Source: Dehalococcoidia bacterium
Lineage (GTDB): Bacteria > Chloroflexota > Dehalococcoidia > UBA2979
Direction: 5' to 3'
NCBI GenBank assembly: GCA_965220125.1
Contig: CBDCPB010000004.1
Location: 1,580,775 to 1,644,774 of the forward strand
Length of the DNA: 64,000 bases
A program made the translations under genes and the position numbers. The notes below the pieces were generated by a model, which had not been told where the DNA came from, searched no databases, and was given only the letters and a program-made list of their open reading frames with translations. Positions 28,363 to 38,092 of this stretch are shown here, piece by piece. Position 1 is the stretch's first letter. Every line of letters starts with the position of its first letter.

Positions 28363-30048
28363 GTGAGCGAGACCGTCGGCGCCCGGCTCGCGTGCATCCT
28401 CGCGGATGGCGAGGTCGGCGCGGTCTTCGGCGTGCCGGGCGGGCAGACATTGCCCTTCTACGCCGCCGTCGAGGACGCCGGACTGCAGCACGTGCTGATG
28501 CGCGACGAACGAGCCGCCGCCTGCGCGGCCGACGCCCATGCGCGGCTCTCGGGCAGCGTCGGCTTCTGCGACGCGACGGTCGGTCCCGGCGCGACGAACC
28601 TCGTCTCCGGCCTCGCCGAGGCGCTCGGCTCCTCGATCCCCGTGATCGCGATCGTCGCCGACATCCGGCGCGATCGCGCCCACCTGCGGCGGCGCGCCGC
28701 GGCCTCACAGGCACTCGACCAGGCGGCGCTGCTCGCGCCGGTCACGAAGTGGGTCGGCCGCGTCGAGACGGCCGACAGCCTCGAGCCCGTGCTCGCGCAG
28801 GCGCTGCGCGTCGCGACCGGCGGCCGGCCCGGCCCCGTCGTCCTCGAGATCCCCGAGGACGTCTTCTCCGCCGAGGCGGTCGATCCGCCCTCGGGCTCAC
28901 CGGCCTGGAGTCCGGCGGACTTCGCCTACCCGCGCCACCGCAGCGCCCCGCCTCCCGACGCCGTCGAGCAGGCCGCCGCGCTGCTCGCCGCCGCCCAACG
29001 GCCGCTGATCCTCGCCGGCGGCGGCGTGACCTTCAGCGACGCCTCGATGGCGGTCCGCGAGCTGGCGGAGGCGCAACAGATCCCGGTTACGACCTCGATC
29101 AGCGGCAAGGGCACGATCGACGAGACGGGCGCGCTGGCGGCCGGGGTGGCTGGACAGTTCGGGACGGTGCGCGGCAACGCCGCGCTGCGGGCTGCCGACG
29201 TGGTGCTCGTCCTCGGCTGCAAGCTCGGCTCGCTGACGACGCACGCCTGGCAGCTGCCCGGACCCGGCCAGGCCGTGATCCACGCCGACGTGGACGGCGA
29301 GGAGATCGGACGCACCGGGCCGGTCGCGCTCGGCATCGTCGCCGATGCGCGCGAGACGGCGACCGCCCTCGCGCGAGCCCTCGAGAGTCACGCGCCACGC
29401 GCCAACTGGCTCGAGTCGATCGAGGGCGAGGGCGGGGCGGCGCAGCCGGACCCGGCGGGCGCGATACCGCCGCACCTGCTCGCCGACGTGCTCGGCGAGG
29501 CGCTGCGCGAGGACGACGTACTGGTCTGCGACGCCTCGCTCTCGTCCGGCTGGGGCGCGGCCTTCGTGCCCGTGCGCCGGCCCCGCTCCTTCATCGCGCC
29601 GCGCGGCCTCGCGGGCATCGGCTGGGGCGGCGGCGGCGCGGTCGGCGCGCGGCTCGCGACGCCACCCGATCGGCGCATGGTGCTGCTCACCGGCGACGGC
29701 GCCTGGGGCTACTGCCTGAGCGAGTTCGAGACGGCCGCCCGGCTCGGCCTGGACCTCACCTACATCGTGCTCAACAACGCCGCGCTCGCCTGGATCACGC
29801 ACATCGAGGCGCGCCGCGAGCAGCCGTTGCGCTCGCTCTTCTCCGATGTCGACTTCTCCGGCGTCGCGCGCGCGATGGGCGGCGGGGGCGAGCGCGTCAC
29901 TAACCTCGAGGCCTTCGAGGAGGCGCTGCAGACGGGGCTGAACTCGTCCGGGCCGTACCTGATCGACGCGCTCACGGCGCAGGACGCCTCGCCGATCCTC
30001 TCGCTGGCGGACCTGCCCGACGCGGGCGCGCGCGACGCGTACACTTAG
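28363..30048 (+). CDS. Thiamine pyrophosphate-binding protein (acetolactate synthase large subunit-like)
   Basis: FGVPG, RDE..A, GPGATNL, GRPGPV, GDG...NN TPP motif. Confidence 0.88.
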   Translation: MSETVGARLACILADGEVGAVFGVPGGQTLPFYAAVEDAGLQHVLMRDERAAACAADAHARLSGSVGFCDATVGPGATNLVSGLAEALGSSIPVIAIVADIRRDRAHLRRRAAASQALDQAALLAPVTKWVGRVETADSLEPVLAQALRVATGGRPGPVVLEIPEDVFSAEAVDPPSGSPAWSPADFAYPRHRSAPPPDAVEQAAALLAAAQRPLILAGGGVTFSDASMAVRELAEAQQIPVTTSISGKGTIDETGALAAGVAGQFGTVRGNAALRAADVVLVLGCKLGSLTTHAWQLPGPGQAVIHADVDGEEIGRTGPVALGIVADARETATALARALESHAPRANWLESIEGEGGAAQPDPAGAIPPHLLADVLGEALREDDVLVCDASLSSGWGAAFVPVRRPRSFIAPRGLAGIGWGGGGAVGARLATPPDRRMVLLTGDGAWGYCLSEFETAARLGLDLTYIVLNNAALAWITHIEARREQPLRSLFSDVDFSGVARAMGGGGERVTNLEAFEEALQTGLNSSGPYLIDALTAQDASPILSLADLPDAGARDAYT

Positions 30049-30140
30049 CGCCGCGAGGCGTCCGCCCGGACGCCGCACTGGCAAGGCAACGCGCCGCAAC
30101 CCCGGCCGCGAGCCGCCGGAACGCGAGGGCGAGGGTCACG

Positions 30141-31022
30141 ATGCAACTCGGCGCGGTGTTCCCACAGACGGAGATCGGCAGCGACCCGGGAGCGGTGCGC
30201 GATTTCGCCGTCACCGCCGAAGCGCTCGGCTACGACTACCTGCTCGCCTTCGACCACGTGATCGGCGCGGACCCCTCGAAGCACACGCTGGTCGGCCCCT
30301 ACACGCACGAGTCGATGTTCCACGAGCCGTTCGTGCTGTTCGGCTACCTGGCGGCGATCACGGAGCGGATGGACCTGGTGACGGGCATCCTGATCCTGCC
30401 GCAGCGCCAGACCGCCCTCGTCGCCAAGCAGGCCGCCGAGGTCGACCTGCTCTCCGGCGGGCGTCTGATCCTCGGCGTCGGCGTCGGCTGGAACCAGGTC
30501 GAGTTCGAGGTGCTGGGCGAGGACTTCCACCGTCGCGGGCGCCGCAACGAGGAGCAACTCGAGCTGCTGCACCGGCTCTGGACCGAGGAGCTCGTCACCT
30601 TCGAGGGGCGCTTCGACACGGTGCGCCACGCAGGCATCAACCCGCGGCCGGAGCGCGAGATCCCGATCTGGTTCGGCGGCATGTCCAGCCCCGTGCTGCG
30701 CCGCTGCGGCCGCTACGGCAGCGGCTGGATCCCGCGCGACCAGTTCCCCGACGACCACGAGCGCAACCGCGACGACATCCTCTGGCGCCTCGATCGCATC
30801 CGCGGCCACGCCCGCGAGGCGGGCCGCGATCCCGACGCGATCGCCCTCTGCGCCCGCGCCGCCGTCCTCGACGGCGACCTCGACGCGCAGCTCGCGATGG
30901 CGCAGAACTGGGAGGACGCGGGCGCGACCCACGTCTCGTTCAACACGATGAACGCCGGGCTGGCCTCGCCGCAGCAGCACATCGACGCGATCACGAACTT
31001 CATCGAGGGCTACCGCGGGTAG
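30141..31022 (+). CDS. LLM-class F420-dependent oxidoreductase
   Basis: MQLGAVFPQTE; paralog of 26099-27007. Confidence 0.9.
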   Translation: MQLGAVFPQTEIGSDPGAVRDFAVTAEALGYDYLLAFDHVIGADPSKHTLVGPYTHESMFHEPFVLFGYLAAITERMDLVTGILILPQRQTALVAKQAAEVDLLSGGRLILGVGVGWNQVEFEVLGEDFHRRGRRNEEQLELLHRLWTEELVTFEGRFDTVRHAGINPRPEREIPIWFGGMSSPVLRRCGRYGSGWIPRDQFPDDHERNRDDILWRLDRIRGHAREAGRDPDAIALCARAAVLDGDLDAQLAMAQNWEDAGATHVSFNTMNAGLASPQQHIDAITNFIEGYRG

Positions 31023-31059
31023 CGCCCGGCAGCGAGAACCACGACCGGAAGGAGACGCA

Positions 31060-31662
31060 ATGGACCTCTTCGAGGCGATGGACACAAACCGCGCGATGCG
31101 GCGGCTCAAGCCGGACCCGGTGCCGCGCGAGCTGCTCGAGCAGCTCGTACACGCCGCGACGCGCGCGCCCTCGGCGGGCAACACGCAGCACTGGAGCTAC
31201 GTGGTCGTCACCAACCGCGAGGACATGCGCTTCCTCGGGGACATCCTGCAGCGCCGCCTCGACCAGTTCAGCAGGCCCGCGGAGGACGACGCGCAGGGCC
31301 GGATGATGCGCGCCGTGCGCTACCTGATCGCGCACTTCCACGAGACACCCGCCGTGATCTTCTGCTGCATCCGCAACGCCTACCCGAACGCCGAAGCCCC
31401 GATCCGGGCGACCATGTGGTCCACGATCTTCCCCGCGACCCAGAACCTGCTGCTGGCCGCGCGCGCCCTCGGCCTCGGCGCGGCGATGACCACCTTCCAG
31501 GCCGGCGCCGAGGACGAGATCAAGGCCCACTTCGGCATCCCCGACGACGTCTACATCGGCTCGACCATCCCGGTCGGCTACCCGATGGGCCGCTTCGGCC
31601 CGCTCGGGCGCAAGCCGATCGACGAGGTCCTGCACTGGGAGCGCTGGGGAGGCGAAGCATGA
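31060..31662 (+). CDS. Nitroreductase family protein
   Basis: RAMRR, APSAGNTQHW, QNLLLAARALGLG, PVGYP. Confidence 0.9.
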   Translation: MDLFEAMDTNRAMRRLKPDPVPRELLEQLVHAATRAPSAGNTQHWSYVVVTNREDMRFLGDILQRRLDQFSRPAEDDAQGRMMRAVRYLIAHFHETPAVIFCCIRNAYPNAEAPIRATMWSTIFPATQNLLLAARALGLGAAMTTFQAGAEDEIKAHFGIPDDVYIGSTIPVGYPMGRFGPLGRKPIDEVLHWERWGGEA

Positions 31663-32441
31663 GCGACTCACCGCGATACGCGCGCACCGAGGTCCGCGAC
31701 GGCGTCGCCGTCGTCACCATCGACCGCCCCGAGCGGCTCAACGCCTGGGGCAGCGAGGTCAGCGCGCAGACCGTCGAGGAGCTGCGCGCCGCCGAGTCCA
31801 ACCCGGACGTCGGCGGCGTCGTGCTCACCGGCGCGGGCCGCGCCTTCTCCGCCGGCGCCGACCTCAAGGAGGAGTCCACGCACAGCGTGGACGACGCCGA
31901 GCGCTACCTGGAGGAGCACCAGGGCAGCCCGATCTTCGACGTGCTCGGGGCCTACACGAAGCCGGTGATCGCGGCCGTCAACGGCTTCGCGATCGGGGTC
32001 GGCTGCCTGATGTGCTGCTGCACGGACTTCATCCTCGCCAGCACCGAGGCGAGCTTCCGGCTGCCGCAGACCAGCCTCGGCATCCTGCCCGCCTACGGCG
32101 GCACGCTGCGCCTCGCGCGCTTCGTGGGGCGCGGCAACGCGCTGCACATGGCGCTCACCGGACGCGCGGTCGGCGCCGAGGAGGCACGGCGCATCGGCCT
32201 CGTCGTCTCCGTGCACGAGCCGGACGAGCTGCTGCCGGTGGCGCGCGCGACGATGCAGGAGATCATCGCCTACCCGCCGCAGGCGCTGCGCCTCGCGCGC
32301 GAGTCGCTGCGCTACGGCTACGACGCCGGCCTCGCCGCCACGGAGCAGGCCGACCTCTTCCGCCAGATGATGCTCTACCAGACGCAGGGCAGCGCGAAGC
32401 AGCACGAGCCCTGGCGCGGGCGCTCGGAGGGTGGCGCGTGA
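31659..32441 (+). CDS. Enoyl-CoA hydratase/isomerase family protein
   Basis: IDRPERLNA, AFSAGADL, KPVIAAVNGFAIG. Confidence 0.88.
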   Translation: MSDSPRYARTEVRDGVAVVTIDRPERLNAWGSEVSAQTVEELRAAESNPDVGGVVLTGAGRAFSAGADLKEESTHSVDDAERYLEEHQGSPIFDVLGAYTKPVIAAVNGFAIGVGCLMCCCTDFILASTEASFRLPQTSLGILPAYGGTLRLARFVGRGNALHMALTGRAVGAEEARRIGLVVSVHEPDELLPVARATMQEIIAYPPQALRLARESLRYGYDAGLAATEQADLFRQMMLYQTQGSAKQHEPWRGRSEGGA

Positions 32442-33721
32442 GCGGAGCGCTCGCCGGCGTCCGCGTCCTCGAGTTCTCGCAGGTGGTGGCGGCCCCGTTC
32501 CTCGGCTGCGTGCTCGCCGACCTCGGCGCGGACGTCGTCAAGGTGGAGCCGCCGGACGGCGACCAGCACCGCCGCTGGGGCGCGATCGTCCCCAACGAGG
32601 GCAAGCGCTTCCAGTCGCTCAACCGCAACAAGCGCGGCATCGCGATCGACCTCGGCCGGCCCGCCGGGGCCGACCTCGCGCGGCGGCTCGTCCCGCACTT
32701 CGACGTGGTGACGCAGAACCTGCGGCCCGGCGCGGCCGCGCGCTACGGGCTCGACTACGAGACGCTGCGCGAGCTGCGCGCGGACCTCGTCTACTGCGAG
32801 ATCACGGGCTGGGGCCACGGCGGCCCGCTCAGCGACCGCACCGCGACAGACCCGACGATGACCGCCTACGCCGGCCTGATCGCCGCCGGCGCGAAGATCG
32901 GGGCCGAGGGCGAACCGCTGCACCTCGCCGCCTCGGCGCTGGCGGACTACTCGGCGGGGTTCTCCGCCGCCGCAGGCATCCTGGCGGCGCTCTTCCACCG
33001 CGAGCGCACGGGCGAGGGCCAGCGCGTCGAAGCCTCGCTGCTGCGCGCCTCGCTCGCGATCCAGGACACCGTCGTGATGCGCGAGCCGGTCAGCGACGCG
33101 CGGATGCGCGACCCGATGATCGAGGAGGTGCGCGCGATCCGCGCGCGCGGCGGAAGCTACGAGGAGATCCTCGACGCGCGGGCGGGGCAGCGGCAGTCGG
33201 ACACGGCGGCGCTGCGCGGCTTCAGTCACGCCTACCGCACCACCGACGGCCTGATCATGCTCGGCGCGATCACGCCCCGCACTCGCGCGCTGGTGCGCGA
33301 GGCGCTGGAGATCACGGACGACCACGCCGACGACCCGGACTACGACGCCTCGGAGCCGGCGAGCATCGCCTACGGCGACGCACGCGTCGCCTACATGACG
33401 GCTCGCTTCGCCGAGCGCACTACTGCCGAGTGGATGGACGCCCTCGGCGCGGCGGGCGTCCCGATCGCCCCCGTCCTGCTCCCCGAGGAGCTCGCCGACG
33501 AGCCGCAGGTCGTGGCCGCCGCCCACATGCGCGAGATCGAGCACGAGATCACCGGCCCGCAGCGCGTCGTCGCCCCCGTCGTCGAGCTCTCCGCGACGCC
33601 AACCACGATCGAGCGCGCCTCGCCCCCGATCGGCGCCCACACCGCCGAGGTGCTCTCCGAGGCGGGCGTGCCGCCCTCGGAGATCGCCGCGCTGCGGCGG
33701 GACGGGGTGATCGGGGGGTAG
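32438..33721 (+). CDS. Family III CoA-transferase (CaiB/BaiF)
   Basis: LAGVRVLE, LADLGADVVKVEPPDGD, NRNKR, RTGEGQ. Confidence 0.9.
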   Translation: MSGALAGVRVLEFSQVVAAPFLGCVLADLGADVVKVEPPDGDQHRRWGAIVPNEGKRFQSLNRNKRGIAIDLGRPAGADLARRLVPHFDVVTQNLRPGAAARYGLDYETLRELRADLVYCEITGWGHGGPLSDRTATDPTMTAYAGLIAAGAKIGAEGEPLHLAASALADYSAGFSAAAGILAALFHRERTGEGQRVEASLLRASLAIQDTVVMREPVSDARMRDPMIEEVRAIRARGGSYEEILDARAGQRQSDTAALRGFSHAYRTTDGLIMLGAITPRTRALVREALEITDDHADDPDYDASEPASIAYGDARVAYMTARFAERTTAEWMDALGAAGVPIAPVLLPEELADEPQVVAAAHMREIEHEITGPQRVVAPVVELSATPTTIERASPPIGAHTAEVLSEAGVPPSEIAALRRDGVIGG

Positions 33722-33770
33722 GGCATAAACTTGCTAGACTACGCGAACGACGCGGGCGGGGGAGCGAGCG

Positions 33771-34280
33771 TTGGCCAGCGACGAGCCGCAACCAGCACTG
33801 GAGTACGAGGGGGCAGCCGCTTCCCTCGAATTCGCCATCTGGAGCCTGGACGAGCAACTCCAGACGACTAAGGACATCGACGCAAAGGCCGAACGAGCGC
33901 TGACCCTCGCCGTCGCCATCCTCGCGCTTTTCTCCGGAGCCAGCACGTTCCAGTGGGGTGAGGTGGGGGACCGGTGGTGGCTCGTCGCGGCTGCAGCAGC
34001 CGTGACGGGAGTCTTCCTGATCACCGTCGTCCTGTACTTCCGCTGCCAGGCTTTCGCCAATCTCTATCTCGGCCCCGACAGCGACCGGCTGCTCAGGGTG
34101 TCCGCCGGTCATGCCGATGCCCGCACCAGACAGTGGATGGCAGAGGCGATCCTCCGGTCCGTCGACGCCAACGCCGGACCAATCCAGGCGAAGAACTCCC
34201 GCTACAAGCGCCTCGCTGCTGCCGTTATCGTCGAGGCCGTCGCGGCCAGCGTCACGGTGGCGAGCATCGCGATGGTGTAG
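33771..34280 (+). CDS. Hypothetical 3-TM membrane protein (Pycsar-effector-like topology)
   Basis: 'IDAKA' before TM1, TM2, soluble loop, 'N...IQAK' then TM3; TTG start with GGGGAG RBS. Confidence 0.6.
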   Translation: MASDEPQPALEYEGAAASLEFAIWSLDEQLQTTKDIDAKAERALTLAVAILALFSGASTFQWGEVGDRWWLVAAAAAVTGVFLITVVLYFRCQAFANLYLGPDSDRLLRVSAGHADARTRQWMAEAILRSVDANAGPIQAKNSRYKRLAAAVIVEAVAASVTVASIAMV

Positions 34281-34299
34281 GGCGGCGGAGCGCGGGTGG

Positions 34300-34575
34300 C
34301 TACGGCCGCCGCTCGACGCGCAAGGGGCCTGCCGGGATGCCCGAGGGCCCCGGCGGCACGATCTCATCCGGATCAGGAGCCGGACGCAGCCTCGCGCCGG
34401 GTCCCCGCACGCGCAGCAGTGCGGGAGGAATGCCGGACGGCCCGGGCTCCGGGAGGCGCGGCGGCAAATCCGGCTCCGCAACCGACTCATCCGCGCTCGC
34501 CGGCGGACGCAAGACGATCCTGCGCAACGAAGCCAGGAAGCCAAAGGGGTGAAGCAGCTTCTCGTTCGTACTCAT
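34300..34575 (-). CDS. Pro-rich hypothetical protein (91 aa)
   Basis: ATG with GGAG upstream; internal repeat PGPSGIP twice. Confidence 0.45.
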   Translation of the reverse strand: MSTNEKLLHPFGFLASLRRIVLRPPASADESVAEPDLPPRLPEPGPSGIPPALLRVRGPGARLRPAPDPDEIVPPGPSGIPAGPLRVERRP

Positions 34576-34676
34576 GCTCCGAGTATACCGCCACCGCGCC
34601 ACCGCGCCGCCTGACACCGTAGCGCCGCCCACCCGCCCCTCGCGCCCGGCGCGCTGCGCGATAGACTGGGCGGGAC

Positions 34677-36338
34677 GTGATTCGCGAAGAGCTGCGGGAA
34701 CTGGTCGAACGGGCGCTCGTCGCCGCACAGGAGGCGGGCGACCTGCCCGCGTTCGCCGCGCCCGAGGTCACACTCGAACACCCCCAGCGCCCCGAGCACG
34801 GCGACTTCGCCGCCAACCTGCCGCTGCGCATCCAGGGCCTCGCCCGCATGCGCGCGCTCGACGTCGCCGAGGCGCTGCGCGCGCGCATGCCCGTGCACCC
34901 CGCTGTCGGCAAGGTCACCGTCGCCCCGCCCGGCTTCCTCAATCTCTACCTCGACCCCGGCTGGGCCGCCGATCAGGCGCGCGCGATCGCCGAGGCCGGC
35001 GAGGCATGGCCGCAACTCGACCTCGGCGGCGGGAGCAAGACACAGGTCGAGTACGTCTCCGCCAACCCGACCGGGCCGATCCACGTCGGCAACGGGCGCG
35101 GCGCCGCCATCGGCTCCACGCTCGCCGCCGTGCTGCGCGCCACCGGCCACGAGGTGGAGGAGGAGTACTACATCAACGACGCGGGCCAGCAGGTCGCGAT
35201 CTTCGCCCGCACCCTCTACGCCCGCTACCAGCAGCTCTTCGGCCGCGACACCGAGATCCCCGAGAACGGCTACCCCGGCGAGTACGTGCGCGAGATCGCC
35301 GAGCGCATCCAGCGCGACCACGGCGACGCCTTCCTGCGCCCCGAGGGCGAGGAGCCCGACGCCCGCCTCGGCGACGAGGGCATCCGCCTCATGGTCGAGC
35401 AGATCCGCGAGGACCTCGAGGCGATGGGCGTGCGCTACGACCGCTGGTTCGCCGAGCGCTCGCTGCAGGTCGAGGGCGGCCCCTACGACCGCGTGCTCTC
35501 GCTGCTGCGCGAGGAGGGCCACGTCGTCGAGCGCGAGGGCGCGGTCTGGTTCGCCTCCTCGCAGCTCGGCGAGTCGAAGGACAACGTGCTGATCCGCTCG
35601 GACGGGCAGCCGACCTACTTCGCCACGGACATCGCCTACCACTACGACAAGTTCATCGAGCGCGGCTTCGACCGCGTGATCGACGTCTGGGGCGCGGACC
35701 ACCAGGGCCACGTCTCGCGCGTCAAGGCGGGCGTGACGGCGACGGGCGGCGACGGCGACGCGCTCGACGTGCTGCTCTACCAGCTCGTCACGCTCAAGCG
35801 TGACGGGGTGGTGGTGCCGCTCTCCAAACGCGCCGGCGAGATCATCACCCTGCGCGAGGTGGTCGGCGAGGTCGGCCGCGACGCGGCGCGCTTTTTCTTC
35901 CTGCTCTCCTCGGCGGGCTCGGCGATGGACTTCGACCTGGAGCTGGCGAAGCAGCAGTCCGACGAGAACCCCGTCTACTACGTGCAGTACGCACACGCGC
36001 GCATCGCCGGGGTGCTGCACAACGCCGAGGCGCAGGGGCTGTCCGCCGAGGGCGCGCAGCCCTCGCTGCTGACGCACGAGGCGGAGCAGGCGCTGATCCG
36101 CAAGCTGCTGCTGCTGCCCGAGGTGATCGAGGAGGTCGTCGACGAACTCGCGCCGCACCGCCTCCCGCACTACGCGCAGGAGCTGGCGCAGTCGTTCCAC
36201 GTCTTCTACACGCAGTGCCGCGTGCTCGGCGACGACGAGGCGCTGAGCCGCGCGCGCCTCCTGCTCCTCGAGGCCACACGCCTCACCCTCGCGCGCACGC
36301 TCGGCCTGATGGGCATCTCGGCGCCGGAGCGAATGTAG
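34677..36338 (+). CDS. argS: Arginine--tRNA ligase
   Basis: VEYVSANPTGPIHVGNGR (HIGH), WGADHQG, LSKRAG, YYVQYAHAR, C-terminal APERM. Confidence 0.97.
   Translation: MIREELRELVERALVAAQEAGDLPAFAAPEVTLEHPQRPEHGDFAANLPLRIQGLARMRALDVAEALRARMPVHPAVGKVTVAPPGFLNLYLDPGWAADQARAIAEAGEAWPQLDLGGGSKTQVEYVSANPTGPIHVGNGRGAAIGSTLAAVLRATGHEVEEEYYINDAGQQVAIFARTLYARYQQLFGRDTEIPENGYPGEYVREIAERIQRDHGDAFLRPEGEEPDARLGDEGIRLMVEQIREDLEAMGVRYDRWFAERSLQVEGGPYDRVLSLLREEGHVVEREGAVWFASSQLGESKDNVLIRSDGQPTYFATDIAYHYDKFIERGFDRVIDVWGADHQGHVSRVKAGVTATGGDGDALDVLLYQLVTLKRDGVVVPLSKRAGEIITLREVVGEVGRDAARFFFLLSSAGSAMDFDLELAKQQSDENPVYYVQYAHARIAGVLHNAEAQGLSAEGAQPSLLTHEAEQALIRKLLLLPEVIEEVVDELAPHRLPHYAQELAQSFHVFYTQCRVLGDDEALSRARLLLLEATRLTLARTLGLMGISAPERM
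36304..36338 (+). repeat. argS 3' end, directly repeated at 40774-40808
   Basis: 35 bp with one synonymous mismatch (CGA/CGG). Confidence 0.92.
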
Positions 36339-36490
36339 CCCTCCGGGCTGACACCCTTCATCGGCCCGTCTTGCGCGTCCTCGTCGCCTTCTGCGCGGTA
36401 GTTGTCCACAACATATACAAGCCGAAGCCGATTTTCGTCCGTGAGAGCACAGTTTCCGTGCTGGGCTCTCAGAGTAATCGCTTGTTCGCC

Positions 36491-36519
36491 TTGACAAACA
36501 ATGGTGCTCTCTTCAGGAT
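36491..36519 (+). promoter_or_regulatory. Sigma70-type promoter
   Basis: TTGACA-17 nt-CAGGAT upstream of GGAGG RBS and GTG 36540. Confidence 0.55.
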
Positions 36520-36539
36520 CAAGTCTAGTGGAGGTCAGA

Positions 36540-36992
36540 GTGGTCACAGCAGCAGACACGGTGATCGAGTCAATTGAACGGCCAAGCGAACGCATTGAGT
36601 GGTTCGAGGGAAGCGCACGAGGTGCCCGCTCGTTCCCAACTTGCTCCGTCACGAGGTCAGGATCCATGACCTTGAACGACGTGGCAGTGCGCGAACTTGG
36701 CAGTCCCCCTGCAGTGGCACTTGGATACGACGCGCAAGGGATGCAAATCGCACTGCGCGCATGTCTGAGTACCGGCGCTGGGGCGATGCAGCTCAAGCCA
36801 TCGCGAACAGCGGAAGGTCAGGCGACGGGCAGTTGTTCCATATTCGCCCGGAGCTTCCTGAGCTATCACGGCATTGAGCCAGCGGAGAACAATGTCTTCC
36901 GACTGGAGGAGATCGGCGATGGTGTGTACGTGCTGTCGCTGGACGGGCCGTTGCCGAAGGGCAGACCCGCTCGCCGCGAGGCAGGCCCGTAG
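36540..36992 (+). CDS. Hypothetical protein (lower GC, accessory)
   Basis: GGAGG RBS, own promoter and downstream hairpin; beta-rich 'LGSPPAVALGYD...IALR' pattern. Confidence 0.7.
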   Translation: MVTAADTVIESIERPSERIEWFEGSARGARSFPTCSVTRSGSMTLNDVAVRELGSPPAVALGYDAQGMQIALRACLSTGAGAMQLKPSRTAEGQATGSCSIFARSFLSYHGIEPAENNVFRLEEIGDGVYVLSLDGPLPKGRPARREAGP

Positions 36993-37021
36993 CATTTGGG
37001 CCTACAGGATGGCCAAACACA

Positions 37022-37051
37022 GGAAGGGGGCTGAGTAACCAGCCCCCTTCC
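37022..37051. terminator. Hairpin, probable terminator
   Basis: GGAAGGGGGCTG-AGTAAC-CAGCCCCCTTCC perfect 12-bp stem. Confidence 0.55.
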
Positions 37052-37318
37052 GGCAGAAACGGAGGCGCCAGCGACCCCTGGATTCGGAGAGGCCAGCGCA
37101 TGCACCGCATCAACGTGGCGCATGATGGCCAAGTGTTTGGCGGTGGTCAAATCTCCGAGTGACGGTCGACCGGGGCGAGGCGTCGCAGTCAAGGGATCGA
37201 TTCGTGAGATCACTCCAGACTGTCAATCGCCAGGGTCTATGGACCACCCGTCGCCACAGTCATTAGACCACCCGGGCAGCCGGTAGGGCGGCTTGGTATC
37301 AGTGAGCAGTACGTCTCG

Positions 37319-38092
37319 TCAATCAGCTCCTTCCTGGGCGTCGAGCAGGGCGCGGTGCGGTGAGAGTCGCTGGCGGTAGCTCTCGCCCTCGATCACGATC
37401 TGGTAGCTGGCGTTGGCGAGCCGGTCGAGTGCGCTGTTGCCGAGGATCGGGTCGTCGAAGAGGCCGAGCCACTCCTCGACCGCGCGGTTCGAGGTGATGA
37501 CGAAGCTGGAGCTGCGGTGGCGCCCGATAATCAGCTCGTAGAGGTCGATCGACTGCTGCGCGCTGAGCCGGTGCAGCCCGAGGTCGTCGAGGATCAGCAG
37601 GTCGGGGGCGAGGAAGGCGCGGAACGTCTTCTCGGTGGAGTGGTCGACCCTTGCCTGCGCCAGCTCGCGGAAGTACTGGTCGGCGGTCACGAAGCGCACG
37701 CTGCGCCCCGAGCGGACGGCGGCGTAGCCGAGCGCCTGGGCGAGGAAGCTCTTGCCGACGCCGACGGGGCCGACGAGCAGGACGTGCTCGCGGCGGTCGA
37801 GGAAGCGCAGCGAGCAGGCGGCGTCGAGCAGCCTGCGGTCGAGCCGGATGCCGGCCGACCAGTCGAAGTCCTCGAGCCTGCAGAGCTGCTCGAAGCCGGC
37901 CTGGCGCAGGCGCAGTTCGAGGCGCCCATGGTCGCGGCGGCTCACCTCGTCGGCGAGGACGATCTGCAGGAAGTCGGCGTAGTCGAGCCCGTCGCGGCGG
38001 GCGAGGGCGATGCGCTCGGGCAGGGTGTCGAGCATCGGGCCGAGCTTGAGGCGCTTGAGCAGCGGGCGCAGCTCGGCGGTCGTGGCGGTCAT
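37319..38092 (-). CDS. istB: IS21 helper ATPase
   Basis: GPVGVGKS Walker A, LLILDDLG Walker B, ITSN, SALDRL, GESYR. Confidence 0.95.
   Translation of the reverse strand: MTATTAELRPLLKRLKLGPMLDTLPERIALARRDGLDYADFLQIVLADEVSRRDHGRLELRLRQAGFEQLCRLEDFDWSAGIRLDRRLLDAACSLRFLDRREHVLLVGPVGVGKSFLAQALGYAAVRSGRSVRFVTADQYFRELAQARVDHSTEKTFRAFLAPDLLILDDLGLHRLSAQQSIDLYELIIGRHRSSSFVITSNRAVEEWLGLFDDPILGNSALDRLANASYQIVIEGESYRQRLSPHRALLDAQEGAD

Noticed and set aside
36402-36410. DnaA box TTGTCCACA / replication origin
   Set aside because: Single box with no cluster, unwinding element or dnaA context
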